From: an uncultured archaeon
Lineage (GTDB): Archaea > Thermoproteota > Nitrososphaeria > Nitrososphaerales > Gagatemarchaeaceae
DNA: 64,000 bases
Reading direction: 5' to 3'
Assembly: GCA_963817525.1 (NCBI GenBank)
Contig: CAWFOU010000007.1
Coordinates: 128,001 to 192,000, forward strand
The translations under genes were made by a program, and so were the position numbers. Of this stretch, positions 39,637 to 49,656 are shown in pieces (the stretch's first letter is position 1; each line of letters opens with the position of its first letter). Below the pieces are notes generated by a model. That model made no database searches. It was not told the origin of the DNA and saw only the letters and a program-made list of their open reading frames with translations.

Positions 39637-40244
39637 TCCGAGTCGCTCCCTTGGGCGGCCGCGAGGACGGCGTTTGTGATGTGGGGGTAGCTGCCGCAGC
39701 GACATATGTTGCCCGAGAGGCCTTCGCACACCTCGGCGGCGGTCGGGTGAGGGTTCGACTCAAGGAGGGCGGTGGCCGCGACGATAAAGCCCGGCGTGCA
39801 ATAGCCGCACTGGAAGGCCCCCTCGTCGATGAACGCCTGCTGGAGGGGGCTCAGCGACCCAAGCGAGCCAAGGCCTTCTATCGTCGTGACCTTGCGGCCG
39901 TCGGCCTCGACCGCCAGCCTCTGGCACGAATAGACGGGCGTACCGTCGAGGAGGACCGTGCACGTGCCGCACGAGCTGTTCGAGCACCCCGGCTTCGTCC
40001 CCGTGAGGCCCAGGTCCTCCCTCAGGAGGCCGAGGAGCGTCGAGTTCGCGGCGACCTGGAGCTGGTGGTCTGCGCCGTTCACGTTGACCTTGATGCTCTT
40101 TGAAGCCTCCGGCGCGGAGGAAGGCAACACGGAGTCTAGGGCGGCCCTGCCCGACGACGTGCCCGTGAGCCACGCCACGGCTCCGACCACGGCCGCCGCG
40201 CTCCCCGCGAAAAGCTTCAAGAAATTCCTCCTGGAAATCCTCAA
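39633..40244 (-). CDS. 2Fe-2S subunit with twin-arginine signal (PaoA-like)
   Basis: SRRNFLK Tat motif; GTKPGCSNSSCGTCTV, QCGYCTPG, NICRCG. Confidence 0.92.
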   Translation of the reverse strand: MRISRRNFLKLFAGSAAAVVGAVAWLTGTSSGRAALDSVLPSSAPEASKSIKVNVNGADHQLQVAANSTLLGLLREDLGLTGTKPGCSNSSCGTCTVLLDGTPVYSCQRLAVEADGRKVTTIEGLGSLGSLSPLQQAFIDEGAFQCGYCTPGFIVAATALLESNPHPTAAEVCEGLSGNICRCGSYPHITNAVLAAAQGSDSD

Positions 40245-40305
40245 AGTGAAGAGTCGATGGCATTTCGGCTGATAATGTATCTTTCGAAGGGGGACGGAGA
40301 CCGGG

Positions 40306-41139
40306 TCAGTCCGCGCTGCCGCCGGCGCCAGGCTTCCTCCATTCGCGATATTCTCCGATGACGCGAAAGCCCATCTTCTCGTAGATGGGTCGCCCCATCT
40401 TGCTCGCCTGCAGATAGCCCAGCGTGCAACCGGCCGCGCGGCCGTCCGAGACGGCCCGCCACGCCATCGCCTCCCCGAAGCCCCTTCGTCGGAATTCCGG
40501 GAGGGTGCTGACGAAGTAGATCCCCGCGACGTCGCCTGTCCTTATCCGGACCGAGGTGGCTGCGGGCTTCCGGCCGGCGTACCCGACGTAGTTCGCGCCG
40601 TGGACCCAAGGGCCCGAGGCTCCGGCGAGAATTGAGGGCTTCCAGGAGTGGAAGAAGTCGGGGGCGACCCCGAACCCGAGGGCTCCGGTCGTCAGGTGGT
40701 CATCGACCTCCTTCGGGGTGGTGGCGAGCCTGACCTCGAGCGCCTTTGGAGGGCGAGGGTGGGAGTCTGGGATCGGGTCTAGGACCATACCCGGGATGAC
40801 CTCCATCTCCGTGAGGCCCGCCTCCTGTATGACCGGGTCAAGCTCGTCCGAGGTCCCTGGCAGCGTCAGGACCTGGAACTCCGTTCGGGTCCGCGAGAAG
40901 ACCCTCTCGATCCCCTCTCTCACCTGGGCGATGGATTTGGGATGGTCGAGCCCGAACACCCAGTTGAAGCCTGGCCCTGGCATCTCGCCGCGCACGGCAG
41001 TCAGGCCCCCGATTTGCTCAACTATGCCGCCGGGGACAACCCGGGCCACCGTCTCGAAGGCGACGACGAGGTTATCGTGGCATGATCCCAGCAGCGATGA
41101 CGGCCCATCGCCAACCTTGCCGACCATCATCGGAATCAC
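40306..41139 (-). CDS. GNAT acetyltransferase
   Basis: VSTLPEFRRRGFG, LQASKMGRPIYEKMGF. Confidence 0.88.
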   Translation of the reverse strand: MIPMMVGKVGDGPSSLLGSCHDNLVVAFETVARVVPGGIVEQIGGLTAVRGEMPGPGFNWVFGLDHPKSIAQVREGIERVFSRTRTEFQVLTLPGTSDELDPVIQEAGLTEMEVIPGMVLDPIPDSHPRPPKALEVRLATTPKEVDDHLTTGALGFGVAPDFFHSWKPSILAGASGPWVHGANYVGYAGRKPAATSVRIRTGDVAGIYFVSTLPEFRRRGFGEAMAWRAVSDGRAAGCTLGYLQASKMGRPIYEKMGFRVIGEYREWRKPGAGGSAD

Positions 41140-41372
41140 GACAAGCGGGTTTAAATAGGAGTGCCTCGCTATATCAGCTCGAGTTCCAAGGTCGAAAAAG
41201 GCGTGGAACGGACGTAGAGCAGGAGGGAGAACCGTGAAAGCGGTTGCTCCTTTCTTGACTCGCGGAATTTTACTTTAGCTCAAACTGGGAAGGCTGCGTC
41301 ATTTCGTTACACCCTGCGACGAACTCGGGTCGCCTGAAGGATTTAAGCCGCAGCAAAGGCCGTCTCGGACTC

Positions 41373-42626
41373 TTGGAGCCCAGGCCGGGCGGGAACCTCT
41401 GGCATCATAGGGAGTTCATGCGCTTCTGGTTCGCCGACACGGTGAGCCAGTTCGGCAGCCAGTTCAGCGGCTTCGCGCTGCCCGTGCTGGCGGTGTTGAG
41501 CTTCGACGCCACTCCCCTAGACATCGGCATCATCACCGCGCTGGCCATCATCCCATACCCCCTCCTCGGGCTCTTCGTGGGAGTCTGGGCGGACAGGTTC
41601 AGGAAGAGGAGGATAATGATGGCCTGTAACTTTGGGCGGATGGCGACGCTCGGCTCCGTCCCAATCGGCTACGTGCTCGGGGTCCTGAGCCTGAACCAAC
41701 TCTTCGCTGTGTCCCTCGCGACAGGGATATTCTCGGTCTTCTTCGACATCTCCTATCAGGCGTACCTCCCCATCCTCGTGGACAAGGGAGACCTCATCGA
41801 GGGGAACCAGAAGCTCCAGCTCAGCGCCTCGGGGGCCCAGGTCGCCGGACCCGGGATAGCGGGGCTGGTCTACCAAGCTATCGGCGGCGCGTTCACGGTG
41901 GCGGCAGACTCGGTCGGGTACCTGGTCTCGGCGATCACCCTCCTCACCGTGAGGAAGGACGAGGCTCCGAAGGTGAGGGGCGACGGGGACCCCGCGCCCG
42001 ACTTCTTCGGCGAGATGAGGGAGGGCCTCCAGGTCGTCCTCGGCAACAGATACCTGCGGATGATCGCGGGGAGTACGGCGACCAGCAACCTCGGCACGAA
42101 CATGGTGGGGGCGGTCATGACCATCTTCGCCCTGAGGGTTCTGCACTTCACGACCACGGAGCTCGGCTTCGTCGGGTCGATAGGGGCCTTGGGGTTCCTG
42201 GCGGGGGTCATAGTCGTGAGGCGTTTCACCTCCGGGGTCGGGCTGGGGAGGGTGCTAGCGCTCTCCATCACGGTGCCCGGAGCCTTCGTCCTCATGCCGC
42301 TGGCTCTCCTCGGATACCCCTTCCTTGTCCTTGCCACCGTCTCCTTCGTGGTCGGCCTGAGCGTGCCCGCCTACAACATCAACCAGATCAGCCTCAGACA
42401 GGCGATAACGCCTGACCGTCTCCAGGGGAGGATGAACGCGACCATGCGCGTCATAGTCTGGGGTACGATACCCGTCGGCTCGCTCCTGGGCGGCCTTCTG
42501 GGCAACGACGTGGGGGTGGTGGACACCATCTACGTGGGGGGAGCCGTAGCGGCGCTGGCTGGAGCGTGGATCGCGCTAGGCCCGGTGATGAAGCTGAGGC
42601 GCCAGCCCGAGCCGGTCGAGGGCTAA
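41373..42626 (+). CDS. MFS transporter (MFS_3/DHA3-like)
   Basis: GVWADRFRKRRIM, LRQAITPDRLQGRMNA; ~12 TM. Confidence 0.9.
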   Translation: MEPRPGGNLWHHREFMRFWFADTVSQFGSQFSGFALPVLAVLSFDATPLDIGIITALAIIPYPLLGLFVGVWADRFRKRRIMMACNFGRMATLGSVPIGYVLGVLSLNQLFAVSLATGIFSVFFDISYQAYLPILVDKGDLIEGNQKLQLSASGAQVAGPGIAGLVYQAIGGAFTVAADSVGYLVSAITLLTVRKDEAPKVRGDGDPAPDFFGEMREGLQVVLGNRYLRMIAGSTATSNLGTNMVGAVMTIFALRVLHFTTTELGFVGSIGALGFLAGVIVVRRFTSGVGLGRVLALSITVPGAFVLMPLALLGYPFLVLATVSFVVGLSVPAYNINQISLRQAITPDRLQGRMNATMRVIVWGTIPVGSLLGGLLGNDVGVVDTIYVGGAVAALAGAWIALGPVMKLRRQPEPVEG

Positions 42627-42985
42627 CGCTGGGTCGGAGCTTCGGAGATGAATGGCAGGACCCACGCCTCTCCCCACGCTTTCAGGGCCTGCATTATCGG
42701 GCTTATCTGCCGCCCCTTCTCCGTCAGGGCGTACCTGACCGTGAAGGGCTGCGTGCCGAGGACATCCCTACGGACGATCTCCTCCTTCGTGAGGTACTTC
42801 AGGACGCGGGAGAGCGTCTTCGGGTCGATCCCGCAAGCGACCTTGAGCAGCTCGTTGAACCTCATCGGCCCCTCCAGGAGGTACCGGACCACGATGAGGC
42901 GCCACTGGTTCCCAATCGTCCGGGCCGACTCCACGGCGCCGCACAGGACGTAATCTTTCGTCCCCGTGCGCGAATAGTCGGCCAT
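42623..42985 (-). CDS. HxlR-family regulator
   Basis: IGNQWRLIVV...PMRFNEL...VRYALTEKG. Confidence 0.9.
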   Translation of the reverse strand: MADYSRTGTKDYVLCGAVESARTIGNQWRLIVVRYLLEGPMRFNELLKVACGIDPKTLSRVLKYLTKEEIVRRDVLGTQPFTVRYALTEKGRQISPIMQALKAWGEAWVLPFISEAPTQR

Positions 42986-43085
42986 CGTGCGTCTCCTTCG
43001 CTTAGCTGGCATATTGTCCGCAGGTGGCGTCGGAGCCAGCAAGATATATTAGCTATCATTTTGCCATCTGATTCGAGTTTTACCC

Positions 43086-43526
43086 TTGCCCATGATAGAT
43101 GTCTACGCGCCGTCTGACCTCTTCCCTCCGGGGACGGACGGTCAGCTAGGGCACGAGCTCACGATGGCGGTGCTCCGCGCGGAGGGCGTCGCCACCCCGG
43201 GGCCGTTCCACCTCAACAACACGGCCGCGTTCATTCATCGGATGGACCCTCACGCCGTCCACACGGCCGCGACGGACTCCGCCCGCGTCGTGCGCGTCCA
43301 GGTCATCACGCCTCCCGGGGCGCTGGATCGCGAAGGGCAGAAGAGACTCGTCAAGGAGGTCACCGAAGCGGTGGCCAAGACCTCGGGCGACCCTACCCAG
43401 GCCGGCCGGACGTGGGTGATACTCACCGAGGCCGCGGAGGGAGGCTGGGGCCTTGCGGGGACGGCCTTTGGCCGCCAGGAGTTCGCGGACCTCGCCGCCA
43501 AGGCTGCCGCGGCGCGCGGGAAGTAG
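43086..43526 (+). CDS. Tautomerase family (4-OT/cis-CaaD-like) protein
   Basis: N-terminal Pro1 (MPMIDVY), TWVILTEAAEGGWGLAG. Confidence 0.85.
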   Translation: MPMIDVYAPSDLFPPGTDGQLGHELTMAVLRAEGVATPGPFHLNNTAAFIHRMDPHAVHTAATDSARVVRVQVITPPGALDREGQKRLVKEVTEAVAKTSGDPTQAGRTWVILTEAAEGGWGLAGTAFGRQEFADLAAKAAAARGK

Positions 43527-43553
43527 CCGCGCGACGTTTCGGGCTGACACAGA

Positions 43554-43847
43554 TCAGAGCGCGATTCCGAAGCCCTTGACAAAGGCCTCGGCCTTCCTGA
43601 CGTTGTCGATGAACTCAAGCCCCTTGGGCGTGAGCACATAGTATCTGCTGTCCTCCTCCTGCCTCTCCTCGAGGAGCTGCTTGTTCACCAGTTCTTGCAG
43701 GTGCTTGTTCAGCCTGTCGTAGGCTAGGTTGGCCTTCTGGAGGATGCGCGTTGGCTTGGCCCGCCCCTCGTCGCGGACCGTGACGAGGATGTCCAGGTAG
43801 GTCTTCAGCGTGCTGCGGGCCTTCTCAGGTTGAACCAATGCGTCCAC
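43554..43847 (-). CDS. Winged-helix regulator (HTH_45-like)
   Basis: RSTLKTYLDIL...PTRILQKANLAY...YVLTPKG. Confidence 0.85.
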   Translation of the reverse strand: MDALVQPEKARSTLKTYLDILVTVRDEGRAKPTRILQKANLAYDRLNKHLQELVNKQLLEERQEEDSRYYVLTPKGLEFIDNVRKAEAFVKGFGIAL

Positions 43848-44505
43848 TCCTTATCACGAAGGCCAGCAGAGAGAGGAATCCGAGGAACTGGACGGTCGCG
43901 GCGATGAGGTACTCGGTCCCGGAGATGGCGAGTATCGAGTGCAGGACGACCACGTGCCCGACGAAGATGAGCGCAAATCCCAGCAGGACGAGGAGCGAGG
44001 AGTTGTCGCGCCCCTTGGAGTAGATGAGGAACCCCTGGAAGATGATGAAGACGAGGATGAGGAGGATGACGAACTCGAGCCCAAGGTAGAGGTAGTAGAG
44101 CAGGAGGGCGAGCCCCACGAGCTTCGCTACCTTGGCCTTGGTCGCGTAGACAACGAAGCCAGACGCCGCCTCCGACAGGAGGCTAGTAGTCCTGCCGAAC
44201 GCGGCCTGCGCGTAACCTACGGCGATGACTAGCAGGGCGGCGACCTGCAGGAAGAGATAGACCAGGTTCTCTAGGAGCTCGAAGGTCCTGAGCCTGGTGG
44301 CGGACACGATGGTCAGCCCCAGGGAGACGGTGGTGACCGCCTCCACCAGGAGGGCGGCCCCGAGGAGCATGAATCCGAAGCTGATCGCGCTGAGCACGCT
44401 GCTGTCGATGAGCCTCCTAGCCTGGAAGGCGTAGTAGCTCACGAGCAGGGCGATTATTCCGCTGAAGAGGTCGAAGGCTACGACGAGAGGTATCGTGTCT
44501 GCCAT
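43825..44505 (-). CDS. Multi-pass membrane protein coupled to the wHTH gene
   Basis: Six to seven hydrophobic helices; overlaps the wHTH start. Confidence 0.75.
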   Translation of the reverse strand: MADTIPLVVAFDLFSGIIALLVSYYAFQARRLIDSSVLSAISFGFMLLGAALLVEAVTTVSLGLTIVSATRLRTFELLENLVYLFLQVAALLVIAVGYAQAAFGRTTSLLSEAASGFVVYATKAKVAKLVGLALLLYYLYLGLEFVILLILVFIIFQGFLIYSKGRDNSSLLVLLGFALIFVGHVVVLHSILAISGTEYLIAATVQFLGFLSLLAFVIRSGRIGST

Positions 44506-44641
44506 GCAAATTTCATCTTATTCGAGAGTGTTTTTCGAGGATTTCATCGTGTTGTACTCTGCGTATATACGCCGCGTATACACGGACCGTTCCTTCCCAA
44601 TAAATAGATTCCAGCGTTCGTGCGAGTCGAGGAAAAAGAAA

Positions 44642-45211
44642 TTGAAGACGACAAGCACGAAAATAGCGTCACTGGGCGCGGCGGTAGGGATCGTGGCGGC
44701 ACTCCTGGCTCTGTCGGGGGCGCTGACACCGGTCTTCGCGGCGACCCCACAGGCGACGAGCGCAGCCACCACATCTTCCGTCAGCACGGCGAACATCCCC
44801 GGCCTCACGGTCGGACAGACCATCACCATCACAAGCACCTCTGGCCACTTCTACGTGGTCGGGGATAAGTCAGAGACAGGCCCGGCATCCGGCACGGTGA
44901 CCTTGACCGTAACTGGCAAGTTCGCCGGGGGATACAGCCTCTCCATCACGACCGGAAGCCTCGGCGTCAACGGGACGACGTACGCCATCGCGTCCGGATC
45001 GGCGGAGATGGGACCATACGCGCATCACCTGGTCGGGCAGGGAACTACCACACCCGTAACAACCACACCCGGGACGACCGCGTCGGGATCGTTCCTGATG
45101 AAGGCGACCGCACGTGGGAGCTTCGCGGGTGAGTACGCGACAGCGACGCTAGACCTTCAGACTGGGGCAACCGAGTACATCATTTCCCTCATAGGCACGG
45201 TCCAGGGCTAG
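44642..45211 (+). CDS. Secreted Thr/Gly-rich beta protein (paralog of 51232-51903)
   Basis: Signal peptide; LTVGQTITITSTSG...VTGKFAGGYSLSITTGS...TEYIISLIGTVQG. Confidence 0.8.
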   Translation: MKTTSTKIASLGAAVGIVAALLALSGALTPVFAATPQATSAATTSSVSTANIPGLTVGQTITITSTSGHFYVVGDKSETGPASGTVTLTVTGKFAGGYSLSITTGSLGVNGTTYAIASGSAEMGPYAHHLVGQGTTTPVTTTPGTTASGSFLMKATARGSFAGEYATATLDLQTGATEYIISLIGTVQG

Positions 45212-45214
45212 AGT

Positions 45215-45240
45215 ACTCGGCCCTCCCCCTTTTTTTCTTC
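45215..45240 (+). terminator. Archaeal oligo-T terminator
   Basis: ACTCGGCCCTCCCCCTTTTTTTCTTC right after the stop; near copy after 51903. Confidence 0.6.
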
Positions 45241-45253
45241 CCAGCAAGACCGC

Positions 45254-46000
45254 TCACTTCCACTTTGTGAGTATCTCTTCCCTGCGGAAGGTGGCCGTCG
45301 TAACGAAGAAGAGGAGCACGTCGGCCGCGAGGACGGCGCCCGTGATGATCAATAGGTTCTCCACGGAGCCGAGGTCGATGATGCCGAGCTCTCCGCCGAG
45401 ATAGAGCCCCGCGAAGGGAAGGACTGAGAGGACGCCAACCTGCTGACCGGTCCTGACGTCGCTTATCCTCGAGGAGACTATCACGTTCATCTGGACGCTC
45501 ATCAACAACGCTAGCGGGGCCAGCACAAAGAAGGTGAGCACCGCCCCCCAGGTCGGGAAGTAGTAGTAGCCCAGCTCGCTGTGAGTGACGAGGTCGACGA
45601 GGCCCATGAACACCACCGATGCTCCCAATATTGCGACCAACGGCGGGAGGAAGGCCGCTAGCCCTTTACCAAGCAGGATCTCACTGTCCGTCGTGGGAGT
45701 GGCCAAAAGCGGCTCGAGGCTCTTCTCCACCTTCTCCCCAACCAGTGTATAAGACGCGATGGGTGTTGGGAGATAGGCGCCCAGTATCACGTAGAAGAAG
45801 CCGAAGGCGGGAAGGAGCAGCACCAGCTCTGCCGGTGGGATGCCGCTCGCTCCGTTCTTGCGTCCCGCGTACGCTAGAATTGCGGGAAAGAGGATGGTGA
45901 CTAGGGTTGGAACCACAGCCAGCGCGTAGATTATGTTCTTCCTCTTCCTGAATGTCTTGAAATCCTTCGCTGCGATGATCCAGGACTTTGATAGCTTCAT
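45254..46000 (-). CDS. ABC-2 type permease
   Basis: VGEKVEKSLEPLLATP...ILLGK; ~6 TM. Confidence 0.9.
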   Translation of the reverse strand: MKLSKSWIIAAKDFKTFRKRKNIIYALAVVPTLVTILFPAILAYAGRKNGASGIPPAELVLLLPAFGFFYVILGAYLPTPIASYTLVGEKVEKSLEPLLATPTTDSEILLGKGLAAFLPPLVAILGASVVFMGLVDLVTHSELGYYYFPTWGAVLTFFVLAPLALLMSVQMNVIVSSRISDVRTGQQVGVLSVLPFAGLYLGGELGIIDLGSVENLLIITGAVLAADVLLFFVTTATFRREEILTKWK

Positions 46001-46921
46001 TCAGGGCAGCTCTTTCACAAGTTTCAGGTACGCGTCCTCGAGGGAGGAGCCGATGACGGAGACCGACTGGACGTTCCCCCCAGCCAGGACTATCGCGCCG
46101 ACGATGGCGGCGTTCTCCTTGTCCGGGTCCTTCACGTCGATCGTGAGCTTGTTTCCGTCTACCGACATTCCTGCAACTGGAAGATTCCGAAGAGCAGTAA
46201 GCACCGAATCGTTCACCTGCTCGAGCTGAATCACCGTCCTCCTGACCGTCACCTTGCCTTCGAGCTCCTCCGGAGTGCCGATCGCCATCAGTCTGGCGTT
46301 CAGTATCCCAATCCTGTCGCAGATCTTCTGTGCCTCGTCGAGGTTGTGGGTGTTGAGGAAGATGGTCCTCTTCTCTCTCTTGAGCTCCAAGATGAAGTCC
46401 CTGACGGTCTTCGATGACTCGGGGTCCAGGTTCGCCGTCGGCTCGTCCATGAAGAGGACCGTCGGGTCGTGTATGAGGGCGCGCGCTATGGCGAGCTTCT
46501 GCTTCATACCCTTGGAGAACGTGCCTGCCGCCACGTCCTTCTTGTCCCAGAGCCCCAGAAGGGTGAGGAATTTCTGGATGTTCTCCTTCCTCTGGGCCTC
46601 CGGGCAGTCGTAGAGCTTCCCGTAAAAGTCCAGGTTCTCATAGGCTGTGAGGTCATCGTAGAGGCCCACGTTGTCGGGCACCAACCCGATGAGCTTCCTT
46701 ATGTTCAGAGAGTCCGAATCCTTCCCGACGTCGTAGTCGCCTATCCTCGCCTCCCCGCTGGTCTTCGATATCAGGCAGCAGAGCATCCTCACGGTTGTGG
46801 TCTTCCCCGCCCCGTTCGGGCCCAGGAAGCCGAAGACTTCGCCCTGCTCGACGCGTAGGGTGACGCCGTCGACCGCGGTGAGGTCGCCGAACTTCTTGGT
46901 GAGGTTGGTGGTCTCGATCAA
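46001..46921 (-). CDS. ABC transporter ATP-binding protein
   Basis: GPNGAGKTT, FSKGMKQK, MDEPT, NTH. Confidence 0.95.
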   Translation of the reverse strand: MIETTNLTKKFGDLTAVDGVTLRVEQGEVFGFLGPNGAGKTTTVRMLCCLISKTSGEARIGDYDVGKDSDSLNIRKLIGLVPDNVGLYDDLTAYENLDFYGKLYDCPEAQRKENIQKFLTLLGLWDKKDVAAGTFSKGMKQKLAIARALIHDPTVLFMDEPTANLDPESSKTVRDFILELKREKRTIFLNTHNLDEAQKICDRIGILNARLMAIGTPEELEGKVTVRRTVIQLEQVNDSVLTALRNLPVAGMSVDGNKLTIDVKDPDKENAAIVGAIVLAGGNVQSVSVIGSSLEDAYLKLVKELP

Positions 46922-46975
46922 ACGCGTGCCCGGCGCGTGGACCTTTTGCCGCTTCTCAGATAACGCTTTGCTGGG

Positions 46976-49591
46976 TTATGAGCCGGTGGGCTTCCCGGAC
47001 GCCTGCTCCTCGGTCTTGGCGACGCGTTGGGAGATCTTGGTCGGCCACCAGTTGAACCTCTCGGCGAGTGCCATCAGGGCGGGGACGAAGAGGAGGATCA
47101 CGATTCCCACGTCGACTAGGACCGCGGCCGCCACGACGAAGCCTATCTCACCCAGGAGAGCAATCCTCGTGACTATGAGCGAACTGAAGACGGTCGCCAG
47201 GACCAGCCCTAGCCCGAATATCGTGACCCACACCTTGTCGAGGGCCGTCCTGATGGCGTCCCTGTCGGTCCTCCCGTTCAGGACCTCCTCACGGATCCTG
47301 GTCACGAAGAAGATGTCATAGTCTATGCCCACCCCTAGCATCGTCACCACGACGAAGAGCGGGGCAAAGTCGAGGATGGGCAGGCCCTGTGCATAGTAGT
47401 AGATTATGACGAGGAGGGCCATCGAGAACGCCACGCTGCAGAGTATCGTGAAGATCAGCCGGATCGGCGTGAAGGCGGATCTCAGCTGGATGAGAAGGAT
47501 GACGTACACCGCCGCGGCGAGGACGAGGATGACCTGTGGGAGGATTCCGTTGAGGAAGGACTGGCTGTCGTAGGTCGACTGGGTCTCCCCGCCGTAGTAG
47601 ACGGAGACTCCCTTCAGGAGCGGCTGGTGGGAGACCGCCGACTCGACCTTGAGGAGCGTGTCGATCGCCGCCTGGCTCTGGCCGTCGCTCTGGAGCCCGA
47701 CCATTATCGAAGCCGTCTCGTTGTTCGCGCCGATGTAGGAGAGCATCCCGGCGAGGTACTGCTCCCGGACGGGCACGGGGAGCTGCGCCAGGCCTGTGTA
47801 GTTGAATGGCGTGCCGTACGGGCTGGTCGGCCCAGTGGAGCTGACGACCCCGGGGACGGAGGAGGCAGCGGAGCTGATCTGCTCGATCTGCTTGAGCAGG
47901 GTCTGGTTGAACTGGTCGTCGCCGTACACGATGGGGGTGGAGGTGGTCACGACTATCGAGGTGGGCGCCGTCGCGGCGCTCCCCAGCTCGTCGGTGATGA
48001 CCGTGAGGCCTTGGTTGGACGGGAAGTCGGGGAAGAGCTTCAGGATGTTCGCGCCGCTGGGCGCGCTCTGTGAGAGGTAGAACGCGCCGAGGGCCAGGGC
48101 GGAGACCACGAGGATTATCGCGATCCTCTTGTCGATGGTGTTCTCCGCCAGGCTGTTCAGCCGGGAACGCTTCGGGCGCTGGACCAGCTTGGTCCTGTTG
48201 AGCCCGGGCCAGAAGAGGCGGTCCTTGAGCGCTAGCTCGAGCGACGGGAGGAGCGTCAGGGCGGCGAGGATGAGGATCGAGACGGCGATCGCGATCGAGG
48301 TGCCCACGCCGCTGAAGAGCGGGACGTTGGCCACCGCCATCACGATGTAGGCGACCACCACGGTTATCCCCGCGGTGAGCACCGCCTGACCCGCCCACCG
48401 GACTGACGTCGAGACGCTGTCCTCGGTTGACTTGCCGTTCAACCTCTCCTCCCTCGTCCTCCTGAGCTGGAGGACGGAGTAGTCGATGGCGAGCCCCAGG
48501 GTGAGCAGAATCGTCAGCGCGGGCGTGAGGAACGTGAGCGTGCCGTGGCCGAGGATCGTGACGCTGTAGTAGATGGTGGGGAGGGCGATCGCTATCGCGA
48601 TCCCTCCGACGATGACGGGCACGATTGCGGCAAGCGGTGCCAGGAGGAGCACCCCGACTATCGCGAGCGCCGCGAGGACGCCCGGGACGACGGTTATCCC
48701 GAGGACAGGCCCGAACACCTTCGAGATGTCCTGCGTGAGGACCGCGCCGCCGGTCACATAGTAGGTGCCCAACGCGGGGATCGCCGAGCTCCCTATGTCG
48801 GACCTGAAGGCGGCTATCATGTCGGGGCTGGGCGCGCCCGCGAAGTTGTAGATCACGATCATCGTGCTGTTGTCGGGGCTGACGAAGTTGCTCGTCAGGG
48901 AGCGGGAGAGCACGAGCGGGTAGTCCGTGTAGGACTCGTTCGCCACGGCGGCGAGCTCCGCGGCGCGGACCTGGGAGGCGCCGGTCCCCGAGCCCAAGGA
49001 TGAGAGGAAGGCGCCCATCCGGGCCGCGTTGACCTTGAAGAGCGGGGAGCCGGATAACGAGGAGGCGCTGCCGTTGGCGACGAGTTGCGACGCGACGTCC
49101 CACGACTGCTGGGCCGTCAGGGGATGGCCTGCGGGGGCCATCGCGGCCACGCTCGAGTTGAGCTGGGAGACCTGCGCCACCAGCGAGGGCATGACGGAGG
49201 CCAGGAAAGAGTACTCCGTGCTGAAGACGCTGCTCAGCCCGGTGAAGTTCTTCGCCAGCGTGTGGTCTGTGGCCACGGTCTGGTTGAAGGCCAAGACGGC
49301 CGACTCCACGGAGCTCGAGTAGACCGGGCTGCTCTGGATCACCACGATGATCCCGTCGTCGCTCGAGTTGACAGAGCGGGGGAACTGCGCGTTGATGATG
49401 TTCTGAGCCTGCTGCGACTCGGAGTTGGTGGGTCCTCCGAAGCTTGAGCCCGCCACGTTGTATGAGACGTGGCTGAAGAAGACGGAGATCTGTGAGCCCG
49501 CGACGATGACCGCGATGATCCACGCTACGATGATGAGCTTGTGATACCTCCTAAGGAAGGAGTTGAACGGGTCGAACCTTGAGCGTGCCAA
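46976..49591 (-). CDS. MMPL/RND-family transporter
   Basis: GLAIDYS...RTREER and GVGIDYDIFFVTRIREE; duplicated TM/loop architecture. Confidence 0.9.
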   Translation of the reverse strand: MARSRFDPFNSFLRRYHKLIIVAWIIAVIVAGSQISVFFSHVSYNVAGSSFGGPTNSESQQAQNIINAQFPRSVNSSDDGIIVVIQSSPVYSSSVESAVLAFNQTVATDHTLAKNFTGLSSVFSTEYSFLASVMPSLVAQVSQLNSSVAAMAPAGHPLTAQQSWDVASQLVANGSASSLSGSPLFKVNAARMGAFLSSLGSGTGASQVRAAELAAVANESYTDYPLVLSRSLTSNFVSPDNSTMIVIYNFAGAPSPDMIAAFRSDIGSSAIPALGTYYVTGGAVLTQDISKVFGPVLGITVVPGVLAALAIVGVLLLAPLAAIVPVIVGGIAIAIALPTIYYSVTILGHGTLTFLTPALTILLTLGLAIDYSVLQLRRTREERLNGKSTEDSVSTSVRWAGQAVLTAGITVVVAYIVMAVANVPLFSGVGTSIAIAVSILILAALTLLPSLELALKDRLFWPGLNRTKLVQRPKRSRLNSLAENTIDKRIAIILVVSALALGAFYLSQSAPSGANILKLFPDFPSNQGLTVITDELGSAATAPTSIVVTTSTPIVYGDDQFNQTLLKQIEQISSAASSVPGVVSSTGPTSPYGTPFNYTGLAQLPVPVREQYLAGMLSYIGANNETASIMVGLQSDGQSQAAIDTLLKVESAVSHQPLLKGVSVYYGGETQSTYDSQSFLNGILPQVILVLAAAVYVILLIQLRSAFTPIRLIFTILCSVAFSMALLVIIYYYAQGLPILDFAPLFVVVTMLGVGIDYDIFFVTRIREEVLNGRTDRDAIRTALDKVWVTIFGLGLVLATVFSSLIVTRIALLGEIGFVVAAAVLVDVGIVILLFVPALMALAERFNWWPTKISQRVAKTEEQASGKPTGS

Positions 49592-49656
49592 CCGTTTTTC
49601 GGGCCTTTGAATACTTCATTTAAGCCTTGGGAGTGCGGGGGCCAATCTGCAAGCCC

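Noticed and set aside
37846-39690. Long antisense or alternate-frame ORFs (also 47316-49523, 59079-60788, 11325-12659, 16240-17430, 61068-62318)
   Set aside because: Arg/Pro/Gly-rich shadows of real genes caused by high GC3 codon bias.
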